Of a stretch of DNA of 64,000 nucleotides, positions 56,327-64,000 are shown piece after piece. Source of the DNA: Halobacteriales archaeon (GTDB lineage: Archaea > Halobacteriota > Halobacteria > Halobacteriales > SKSH01); NCBI GenBank assembly GCA_046543335.1, contig JBKGZP010000004.1, positions 5,620 through 69,619 of the forward strand, given 5' to 3'. Each line of letters starts with the position of its first letter. Positions within the stretch are counted from its first letter, which is position 1. Below the pieces are notes generated by a model, which made no database searches, was not told the DNA's origin, and saw nothing but the letters and a program-made list of their open reading frames with translations. The position numbers and the translations under genes are program-made.

Positions 56327-56721
56327 CAGACGCCCACCTCCCCGAGGAACGTCGGAATCGACGCGAGCACGATCAACGCCGTGACGACCAACGACACGTA
56401 GAAGCTGGCGCGCTGGCGGTCGAGCCCGAGCCCGAGGTCGATCATGAGTAGGCGGATGCCGTTGAGGATGTGGAACACGGCGGCCGCCAGGAGACCGACC
56501 TCGAGCACGCGCACGACGACGAGCGACTCGAGGCCCTGGAGGGTCTCGGTGTAGACGGCACCGCCGTCGAGCGCCGTCGAGAGGACGGCGATGTGCGTGA
56601 ACAGGTACCCGACGAGGATCCATCCGGTGAACTTGTGCAAGAGCCACGCCCACATCCCGGGGGCGAACTCCCACCACCGGCCGTAGTCCTCGACGATCCC
56701 CCGGTCGTACGGCTCGCTCAT
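56326..56721 (-). CDS. sdhC: Succinate dehydrogenase cytochrome b556 subunit
   Basis: [14 protein letters not shown]. Confidence 0.92.
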   Translation of the reverse strand: MSEPYDRGIVEDYGRWWEFAPGMWAWLLHKFTGWILVGYLFTHIAVLSTALDGGAVYTETLQGLESLVVVRVLEVGLLAAAVFHILNGIRLLMIDLGLGLDRQRASFYVSLVVTALIVLASIPTFLGEVGV

Positions 56722-56775
56722 GGCCTAGGCGAGCGCTCGAAGCGGCGGCGTATAGGCGTTTCTAGACCGACACCG

Positions 56776-57378
56776 TCAGCCCTCCTCGGCCCAGAGGTAC
56801 AGCGTCGCCGTCGTGCGGTGTGGCCTCCACCGGTTGGCGTGCTCTGCGAGGTCATCCCGAGCGAGGTCATCCCCGAACAACGACCGAAGGCCGCGGCGCA
56901 CCCCGAGGTCGCCGAGGGGGAGGACGTCCGAGCGGTCGAACGTGAAGATCAGTTGCATGTCCGCGGTCCAGGGGCCGACGCCGTGGATGTCCGTCAATCG
57001 CGTGCGTATCTCCGAGTTCGAACGGTCGGACAGGGCCGCCTTCGAGAGGCCGTCGTTCGCGAACCGGTCGGCGACGTGGCGGATGGTGTCGGCCTTGCGG
57101 GCGGAGAGACCCAACCCCCGCATCACCTCGGGGTCGGTCGCGAGGACCGACGACGGTTCGACGCCGACGCGCGACTTGAGCCGGTCGTAGATCGCGTCGG
57201 CGACGGGCATCGAGACCTGCTGCCGACAGATCGAGCGGACGAGCCGGGCGAAGAGGTCCTCGGCGGGCTCGACCCGCAGCGGACCGTGGCGGTCGACGAG
57301 GGTTCCCAGGTGCGGGTCGTCGGCGAGGGCGCGGACCGCGGGCGTGGGTGAATCGGCGCGGACGGTTCGACCGGCCAT
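56776..57378 (-). CDS. alkA: DNA-3-methyladenine glycosylase (HhH-GPD family)
   Basis: ICRQQVS, GLSARKA, HGVGPWTA, LPLGDLGVR, WRPHR. Confidence 0.88.
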   Translation of the reverse strand: MAGRTVRADSPTPAVRALADDPHLGTLVDRHGPLRVEPAEDLFARLVRSICRQQVSMPVADAIYDRLKSRVGVEPSSVLATDPEVMRGLGLSARKADTIRHVADRFANDGLSKAALSDRSNSEIRTRLTDIHGVGPWTADMQLIFTFDRSDVLPLGDLGVRRGLRSLFGDDLARDDLAEHANRWRPHRTTATLYLWAEEG

Positions 57379-57612
57379 CGCTTCGGAATCGGACCGGACC
57401 GGCCGTGAACGTGTCGCCGTAGAATCGACGCGCGAATCGAACGGGGAGTCGATCACCACCCCTGGACGCCACTCAGCACGGATGCCGCCCGTGGCCCGCA
57501 GCGGTGCCTCGAACGCTGGCGCGTCGGCGTACCTCGAGGCGATCGGTCGCGGCATCAGCCACAGCTTCCCGTTTCGTCGACGCCCGGTGCCTCGCGGGCG
57601 GTCACACGTGGA

Positions 57613-58767
57613 TTACCAGCCCTTGCCGAGCATCTCGCGGGCGATGATGTTCTTCTGGATCTGCGAGGTACCCTCGTAGATCTCCGTGATCTTCGCGTCG
57701 CGGTACAGCCGCTCGACGTCGAAGTCGTTGACGTAGCCGGCACCGCCGTGGATCTGGACGGCGTCGTCGGCGTTCTCGACGGCGATCCGGGAGGCGAAGG
57801 CCTTGGCCATCGAGGCGAGCGCCGTGAGGTCGTCGGCGTCGTTCGCGACCCCCCAGGCCGCCTTGTAGGTGAGCTGGCGGGCGGCCTCGGTCCGCGTGCG
57901 CATGTCAGCGAGCATGTGCTGGATGGCCTGGAACTCGCTGATGGGGCGGCCGAACTGCTCGCGCTCCTTCGCGTACGCCAGCGCCCGGTCGGTCGCCCCC
58001 TTGGCGATGCCGACGCCCTGGGCGGCGACCATCGTCCGTGTGTCGTCGAAGAACTGCATCATCTGGAGGAAGCCGGCCCCGCGCGTGCCGATGAGGTTCC
58101 CCTCGGGGACGCGGACGTCGTCGAAGATGAGTTCGGCGGTGTCGCTGGCGCGGATGCCGAGCTTGCCCGTGATCTTCTCCGCACTGAACCCGTCTCGGTC
58201 GGCCTCGACGAGGATCTGCGAGAAGCCGGCGTAGCGGTCCTCCGCCTCGGGGTCGGTCCGGCACATGACCACGAAGAAGTCGCCGACGCTGCCGTTGGTG
58301 ATCCACATCTTGGTGCCGTTGATGACCCACTCGTCGCCGTCGAGTTCGGCGTTCGTCGAGACCGAGGAGACGTCCGAGCCGACGTCGGGCTCGGAGACGG
58401 CCGTCCCCATGACGGCCTCGCCCTCGGCGATCGGCCGGAGGTACGCCTCCTTCTGCTCCTCCGTTCCGAAGGCCATGATCGCGTCGGCGCCGAAGGCCGT
58501 GCTCGAGATGCTCAGACCGATGCCCGGGTCGATCGCGAACAGCTCCTCGATGATGATCGCCACGTCGAGCACGGAGAAGCCGGCGCCACCGTACTCGACG
58601 GGGATGTGCGCCCCCGTCAGGCCCATCTGGGCGGCCTTCTCGACGATGTCGCGGGGGTACTTCTCCTCGACGTCGTACTCCGACGCCACCGGGGCGATCT
58701 CGTTCTCGCCGAAGCGTCGCACCTCGTCTCGCAGGGCGACCTGCTCCTCTGACAGCGCGAAGTCCAT
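57613..58767 (-). CDS. Acyl-CoA dehydrogenase
   Basis: SEPDVGSD, GTKMWITNG, REQFGRPI, QIHGG, IYEGT. Confidence 0.95.
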   Translation of the reverse strand: MDFALSEEQVALRDEVRRFGENEIAPVASEYDVEEKYPRDIVEKAAQMGLTGAHIPVEYGGAGFSVLDVAIIIEELFAIDPGIGLSISSTAFGADAIMAFGTEEQKEAYLRPIAEGEAVMGTAVSEPDVGSDVSSVSTNAELDGDEWVINGTKMWITNGSVGDFFVVMCRTDPEAEDRYAGFSQILVEADRDGFSAEKITGKLGIRASDTAELIFDDVRVPEGNLIGTRGAGFLQMMQFFDDTRTMVAAQGVGIAKGATDRALAYAKEREQFGRPISEFQAIQHMLADMRTRTEAARQLTYKAAWGVANDADDLTALASMAKAFASRIAVENADDAVQIHGGAGYVNDFDVERLYRDAKITEIYEGTSQIQKNIIAREMLGKGW

Positions 58768-58947
58768 ACGCCAGACTTCCAGGCGGCGGCCTTAGGTCTT
58801 GTCGGACCGCCCCACGCCTCGGGAACCGGGTGCCCCCTCGTCGCTTTTCACGGGGCGATGGCGCGATCGACGTCCCAACGAGGGGTCGTTGAAACCGTCG
58901 TTTCACCGAACCGGAAGCGTATGCTGGCCCGACCGCATTGCTCCCCC

Positions 58948-59523
58948 ATGCCCTCCAGACGTCGCCTGCTCGCCGCGATCGGCACCGCCCCGCTGGTCGG
59001 CGTCGCCGGGTGCCTCGGCTTGGCACCGCGGGCGGACGCCGACGACCCGCGTGATACGCCCGAGTTCGACTACCCCGACGACCCCGATCGGTATCCGGCC
59101 TTCGACGACGACCACCCGGTCGACGTCCAGATCGATCGGGACGACGCGGACGACACGGTGGAGATCGGCAGCCGCGAGGGCGTCCCCGACCGTCACCGAC
59201 CGCATCACCTCCAGATCGCCGACGATGTCGGCGGCTCGACCGTCGAGATAGGCATCTATGACGCCCTGGCTGACGAACCCGTCCACGGGGCCAGCCACGA
59301 TCTCCCCGAGGATGGCGTCCGTCGCTTCTCCCTCCTCGAACCGTCAAAGTACGTCCTCGTGCTCCGGGTCCCCGACCTCGAGGCGGAGCGGACCCTCCGG
59401 GTCCCGTGTTCGTTCTTCGACTGCAACCTCTCCCAGACGGACGTCCTCATCCGGGAGGACGGGACCATCCACGCATCAGTGGTGTCGACCTTGGTGGCGT
59501 GCAGTGATCCCTTCGAGTGCTGA
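58948..59523 (+). CDS. Tat lipoprotein, hypothetical
   Basis: MPSRRRLL..VAGC; four further Cys in the C-terminal part. Confidence 0.78.
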   Translation: MPSRRRLLAAIGTAPLVGVAGCLGLAPRADADDPRDTPEFDYPDDPDRYPAFDDDHPVDVQIDRDDADDTVEIGSREGVPDRHRPHHLQIADDVGGSTVEIGIYDALADEPVHGASHDLPEDGVRRFSLLEPSKYVLVLRVPDLEAERTLRVPCSFFDCNLSQTDVLIREDGTIHASVVSTLVACSDPFEC

Positions 59524-59613
59524 GATGGACCATCGGACGCGATTCCCCCCGTCCGCCTCGATTCGCCCCTGGAGATAGTCACGGTTAACCGCCCGCCCCG
59601 GTGACTCGGGGCC

Positions 59614-60690
59614 ATGGACCCACGTGTCTACGACCACGCCGACGTGCTCGTCGACCACTCGACCGAGGTCACCGCCGCCGACGAGGTCATCCTCACGGGC
59701 CACCCGGTCGCCGAGGACTTGCTCGTCGCCGTCGCCGAGCGATGCGGCGAACGCGGCGCGAACGTCTCCATCCACGCATCGAGCCCGCGCATCCGGCGGG
59801 CGTATCTCCGGGCGATCGACGAGGCGGACCTCAGCGAGTCGAAGGTCGCCCTCGCGAGCGTCGAGGCCGCCGACGTCTACATCGCGATTCGCGCGGCGAC
59901 GAACACGAACGAGACCAGCGACGTCGCCCCAGAGACGAACAGCCGCTTCGCCGCGGTCAACAAGGCGGTGCTCGACACGCGACTCGACACCCGCTGGGTG
60001 GGCACCCAGTATCCCGCCCCCGCGAACGCCCAGGACGCCGAGATGAGCACCGCGGCCTACGAGGACTTCGTCTGGAACGCGATCGACAAGGACTGGTCGG
60101 CCGTGCGGGAGTACCAGCAACAGCTCGTGGACGTCCTCGACCCCGCCGAGGAGGTGCGCATCGTCTCGGGCGACTCGACGGACGTCACGATGTCCATCGC
60201 CGGCAACCCGGCGATCAACGACTTCGGCAAGCACAACATGCCCGGCGGGGAGGTCTTCACCGCACCGCTGCCCGACAGCGTCGACGGCGAGGTGCTGTTC
60301 GACAAGCCGGTCATGGCCCAGGGTCGCGAGGTCGAGGACGTCCGGCTCGTCTTCGAGGACGGCGCGGTCGTCGAGCACGAAGCCGCGAAGAACGAGGACG
60401 TGCTCGCGGCGGTCTTGGCGACCGACGACGGCGCCCGACGCCTCGGCGAACTCGGCCTCGGGCTCAACCGAGACATCGACACGTTCACCTACAACATGCT
60501 GTTCGACGAGAAGATGGGCGACACGGTACACATGGCCCTCGGCCGGGCGTACGAGGACACCGTCGGCGAGGGTAACGAGCGAAACGACTCCGCCGTGCAC
60601 ATGGACATGATCGTCGACATGAGCGAGGACTCGTCCATCGAGGTCGACGGCGAGGTCATCCAGCGAAACGGTCGGTTCGCCTTCGAGTGA
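59614..60690 (+). CDS. Aminopeptidase, M29 family
   Basis: NMPGGEVFTAP, LGELGLG, FDEKMGDTVHMALG, SAVHMDM. Confidence 0.94.
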   Translation: MDPRVYDHADVLVDHSTEVTAADEVILTGHPVAEDLLVAVAERCGERGANVSIHASSPRIRRAYLRAIDEADLSESKVALASVEAADVYIAIRAATNTNETSDVAPETNSRFAAVNKAVLDTRLDTRWVGTQYPAPANAQDAEMSTAAYEDFVWNAIDKDWSAVREYQQQLVDVLDPAEEVRIVSGDSTDVTMSIAGNPAINDFGKHNMPGGEVFTAPLPDSVDGEVLFDKPVMAQGREVEDVRLVFEDGAVVEHEAAKNEDVLAAVLATDDGARRLGELGLGLNRDIDTFTYNMLFDEKMGDTVHMALGRAYEDTVGEGNERNDSAVHMDMIVDMSEDSSIEVDGEVIQRNGRFAFE

Positions 60691-60708
60691 GGTGGCCCCT
60701 GGACCGGT

Positions 60709-61092
60709 TCAGTTCGGCGGGCCCTGGTACTTGGCGTCGCCGAAGCCGAGGAGGGGCCAGAAGATGAACCCGAGGAAGATGAGCCCCAGCGTGAATCCGA
60801 CCCCCTTGCCGAAGGCCCTGGCCAACTCGTAGGTCACCAGCAGGCCGACGAGGAAGCCCACGACGGGGATCAGGAACAGCACCAGCCACCACGCCGGACG
60901 GCCGATGATCTGGAGGAGGATATACAGGTTGTAGATGGGGATGATCGCCGCCCAACCGGGCTGGTCGGCCTTCTCGAACGTCATCCACATACCCGCGATG
61001 ACCAGGACGAAAAACGCCAATGGGACCAGGAAGATCGCCGTCTCTTCGACTTGCAGTACGTGATACGGAACATCGGTGGGTATCGAAACCAT
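60709..61092 (-). CDS. DUF5684-like membrane protein
   Basis: FEKADQPGWAAIIPIYN..LARAFGKGVGF. Confidence 0.82.
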   Translation of the reverse strand: MVSIPTDVPYHVLQVEETAIFLVPLAFFVLVIAGMWMTFEKADQPGWAAIIPIYNLYILLQIIGRPAWWLVLFLIPVVGFLVGLLVTYELARAFGKGVGFTLGLIFLGFIFWPLLGFGDAKYQGPPN

Positions 61093-61195
61093 GTGCGTAC
61101 GTGACGGACACTCCCCATATACATTTGGACCGGTCGTCGGGGGTCCCACCGCGGGAATAACAACGTTCAAAGCCGTGCTCCGAGCACTCTCACAC

Positions 61196-63175
61196 ATGGA
61201 CTTCGACGACATCGAGACGATAGCCGTGCTTGGCGCGGGGACGATGGGCCACGGCATCGCCGAGCTGGCGGCGATCGCCGGCTACGACGTCGTACTGCGC
61301 GACATCGAGGAGGAGTTCGTCCGGGAGGGCCACGACCAGATCGAGTGGAGCCTCGGCAAGCTCGTCGAGCAGGACCAGCTCGCCGAGGACGAGGCCGACG
61401 CCGCCCTCGCGCGCGTCGAGCCGATGGTCGACCTCGCGGCCGCCGTCGCCGACGCCGACGTCGTCGTCGAGGCCGTCCCGGAGCGCTTCGACATCAAGCA
61501 GGAGGTCTTCGAGGCGGTGGACGACGCCGCCCCGTCGGGGGCGATCATCGCGACGAACACCTCGAGCATCTCCATCACGGACCTCTCGGAGACGACCGAT
61601 CGCCCCGAGCAGTTCTGCGGGATGCACTTCTTCAACCCGCCGATCCGGATGCCGCTGGTCGAGGTCATCGCCGGCGCCCACACCGACGAGGCCGTCCTCG
61701 ACGCGATCGAGGCGCTCGCCGAGGCGATGGGCAAGTCACCCGTGCGCGTCAAGAAGGACAGCCCTGGCTTCATCGTCAACCGCGTGCTCGTCCCCCTGCT
61801 GAACGAGGCCGCGTGGTTGGTCCACGAGGGCGAGGCGGACGTCGCCACCGTCGACGCCACGGCGAAGTTCGACATGGGCCTGCCGATGGGTACCTTCGAG
61901 CTCACCGACCGCGTCGGCCTCGACGTCTCCCTCGACGTGCTCCAGTACATCCACGGCGTGCTCGGCGAGGCCTACGAGCCCTGCCCGCTGCTCGTCGAGA
62001 AGGTCGACGCCGGCGAGCTCGGGACGAAGGCGGACGTCGGCTTCTACGACTACGACGACGGTGGCGTCGACATCCCGCCCGACGCCGGTGACGAGGGGGT
62101 CCAGGAGACGCTCCTCGCGGTCATGGCGAACGAGGTCGCGAAGCTACTCGCGGACGACGTGGCCGCGTTGAGCGACATCGACGACGCGATGATGCTCGGG
62201 GCGGCGTTCCCAGACGGGCCGAGCCGGCTCGCGGGGGCCCACGGCCTCGACGCGCTGGTCGAGCGCCTCGAGGCACGCCACGAGGCGACCGGCCACGTCC
62301 GCTACGAACCGAGCGAGCGCCTCCGGGCGGCCGCCGAGGCCGGCGGGTTCGACGTCGAGGCCGCCCCCGACGAGCCCGCCGGGCCCGACTACGACACCCT
62401 GGTGCTCGACGGGCCCGACGACGACGGCGTCACGCGCGTCACGATCGACCGCGAGCAGCGGCTTAACTCCATCAGCACGACCGTGCTCGACGAGCTCGAC
62501 GACGCCATCGACCGCCTCGACGGGGACCCCGACACCCGGGCGATCGTCCTCGAGGGGGCGGGTGACCGTGCCTTCTCCGCCGGTGCGGACGTCCAGAGCA
62601 TGGCGGGCGGTGGGGCCGACCCGCTCGCGGCGGTCGAGCTCTCCCGGTTGGGCCAGCGCGTCTTCGGTCGGCTCGAGACCTGCGACACGCCGACGATCGC
62701 CGCCATCGACGGCTACTGTCTCGGCGGCGGCATGGAGCTCGCGACGGGGGCGGACTTCCGCATCGCCAGCGAGCGATCGACGTTCGGCCAGCCCGAGCAC
62801 GACCTCGGCCTGCTGCCCGGCTGGGGTGGCACGCAGCGCCTGCAACACCTCGTCGGGCTCGGTCGGGCGAAGGAGATCATCTTCACCGCCGACCATTACG
62901 ACGCGGAGACGATGCGGACGTACGGGTTCCTCGTCGACGTCGTGTCGACCGCGGAGTTCGACGAGCGGGTCCGGGAGTTCGCCGCCGACATCGCCGCGGG
63001 CCCACCCATCGCCCAGCGGTACACGAAGCGGGCGATGCACCTCGGGCGCGACGACGTCGATGCCGGCCTCGAGTACGAGGCGCAGGCCTTCGGCCAGCTG
63101 TTCACCACGGACGACCTCATGACGGGCATCACGGCCTTCATGAGCGACGAGAATCCCGAGTTCGAGGGGTCGTAG
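61196..63175 (+). CDS. 3-hydroxyacyl-CoA dehydrogenase / enoyl-CoA hydratase fusion
   Basis: GAGTMGHG, TNTSS, GMHFFNP, PGFIVNR; C-terminal crotonase AFSAGAD, GGGMEL, PEH..PGWGG. Confidence 0.95.
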   Translation: MDFDDIETIAVLGAGTMGHGIAELAAIAGYDVVLRDIEEEFVREGHDQIEWSLGKLVEQDQLAEDEADAALARVEPMVDLAAAVADADVVVEAVPERFDIKQEVFEAVDDAAPSGAIIATNTSSISITDLSETTDRPEQFCGMHFFNPPIRMPLVEVIAGAHTDEAVLDAIEALAEAMGKSPVRVKKDSPGFIVNRVLVPLLNEAAWLVHEGEADVATVDATAKFDMGLPMGTFELTDRVGLDVSLDVLQYIHGVLGEAYEPCPLLVEKVDAGELGTKADVGFYDYDDGGVDIPPDAGDEGVQETLLAVMANEVAKLLADDVAALSDIDDAMMLGAAFPDGPSRLAGAHGLDALVERLEARHEATGHVRYEPSERLRAAAEAGGFDVEAAPDEPAGPDYDTLVLDGPDDDGVTRVTIDREQRLNSISTTVLDELDDAIDRLDGDPDTRAIVLEGAGDRAFSAGADVQSMAGGGADPLAAVELSRLGQRVFGRLETCDTPTIAAIDGYCLGGGMELATGADFRIASERSTFGQPEHDLGLLPGWGGTQRLQHLVGLGRAKEIIFTADHYDAETMRTYGFLVDVVSTAEFDERVREFAADIAAGPPIAQRYTKRAMHLGRDDVDAGLEYEAQAFGQLFTTDDLMTGITAFMSDENPEFEGS

Positions 63176-63287
63176 GGGCGCCCCCCACGCGACGGGCGCC
63201 CGTCGGGCTCGCCGCTCGGCGACGGGGCCGATTTGGGAACAAATTCGGAAAACCGAGAAGTGCCCCGGCGGCGACCTCGCCACCGCC

Positions 63288-63791
63288 ATGCCGTTGACTC
63301 GACGACGGTTCGTCCAGGCGGCGGGGATCGCTGGCGTCACCATCGGTGGCGCCGGGAGCGCGACCGCGCGGGGGTCGGGCCGACGCTTCACGGCCCACCT
63401 CGCGGGTCGAAACGAGGTGCCGCCGGTCGCGACGAACGCCCGCGGCCAGGCGACGTTTCGGCTGGACCGTGACGGTGCCGAGCTGTCGTACCGGCTGATC
63501 GTGGCCAACATCGAGGACGTGCTGATGGCGCACATCCACCTCGGCGGGACGGACGAGAACGGCCCCGTGGTCGCGTGGCTCTACCCGGAGGGCGGACCGC
63601 CCCCATCGCTCATCGAGGGGCGCTTCTCCGGGGTGCTGGCGACCGGGACGGTCACCGCCGACGCGCTGGTCGGCGCGCTGGACGGCGAACCGCTCGGTGC
63701 GCTCGTCGACGAGATTCGGGCCGGGAACGCGTACGTCAACGTCCACACGTCGGCCAACCCGGCCGGAGAGGTCCGCGGTCAGATCGGCTGA
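63288..63791 (+). CDS. Tat-exported CHRD domain protein
   Basis: TRRRFVQ; LAGRNEVPPV, AHIH..NGPVV, YVNVHT..PAGEVRGQI. Confidence 0.9.
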   Translation: MPLTRRRFVQAAGIAGVTIGGAGSATARGSGRRFTAHLAGRNEVPPVATNARGQATFRLDRDGAELSYRLIVANIEDVLMAHIHLGGTDENGPVVAWLYPEGGPPPSLIEGRFSGVLATGTVTADALVGALDGEPLGALVDEIRAGNAYVNVHTSANPAGEVRGQIG

Positions 63792-63798
63792 TACGCGG

Positions 63799-64000
63799 TC
63801 ACCGAACGAGGTCGGCGGTCATCGCTCGCTCGTGGGCCCCGGGGTCGACCACCTCGACCTCGGTGACCTCGAAGCGGGCGCCACCCGCGTCGCCTCGTCG
63901 CAGTTCGAGGTCCCACCCGTGCGCCTCGACGATCTCGCGCACGATCGCCAGCCCGAAGCCCGTGCCGTCGTCGGCCGTCGAGTACCCCGCCTTGAACACC
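63799..64000 (-). CDS. Sensor histidine kinase C-terminus (5' end beyond the window edge)
   Basis: GYSTADDGTGFGLAIVREIVEAHGW..GARFE. Confidence 0.88.
   Translation of the reverse strand, partial: VFKAGYSTADDGTGFGLAIVREIVEAHGWDLELRRGDAGGARFEVTEVEVVDPGAHERAMTADLVR

Noticed and set aside
57380-57612. Gap of about 230 bp upstream of alkA as a small gene or ncRNA, or the 59-aa N-terminal extension of AlkA
   Set aside because: No convincing structure, motif or acidic ORF; the extension lacks AlkA similarity.
1-64000. Very frequent GTCGAC/CTCGAG/TCGA words that look like repeats
   Set aside because: Explained by haloarchaeal codon usage (GTC GAC, CTC GAG). There is no regular spacing, and no CRISPR-like repeat-spacer array was seen.

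Overview
High-GC haloarchaeal (class Halobacteria) chromosomal window. This is inferred from acidic Asp/Glu-rich proteins, Tat lipoproteins, TATA boxes about 25-30 bp before start codons and aglF/aglM homologs. It holds about 60 genes. I found no rRNA, tRNA, CRISPR array or IS element. Main content: several paralogous (REC)-PAS-GAF histidine kinases including one pseudogene, ABC transporters, pckA, hutU, ctaB, aglM/aglF, a Liv-type ABC + SDR + FabH-like + acyl-CoA ligase cluster, a phosphohexomutase, sdhCDBA, alkA and beta-oxidation genes. The best candidate for an undescribed system is 13.9-20.9 kb. There an Fe(III)-type ABC binding protein and permease are interleaved with a three-enzyme glycosylation cassette: an RGP/GT75 nucleotide-sugar mutase-like protein, a dolichyl-phosphate hexose transferase and a GT-C membrane transferase. 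Four copies of a TTTAGG-N4-CCTAAA (DtxR/MntR-type) palindrome mark every promoter of that locus. Other highlights: a six-hairpin candidate ncRNA at about 31.9-32.15 kb, a PhaC-like protein with Ser in place of the catalytic Cys, a probable AUU start codon for livM, and a signal peptidase paired with a DUF1102-like substrate. All assignments come from motif recognition by eye; no database searches were run.
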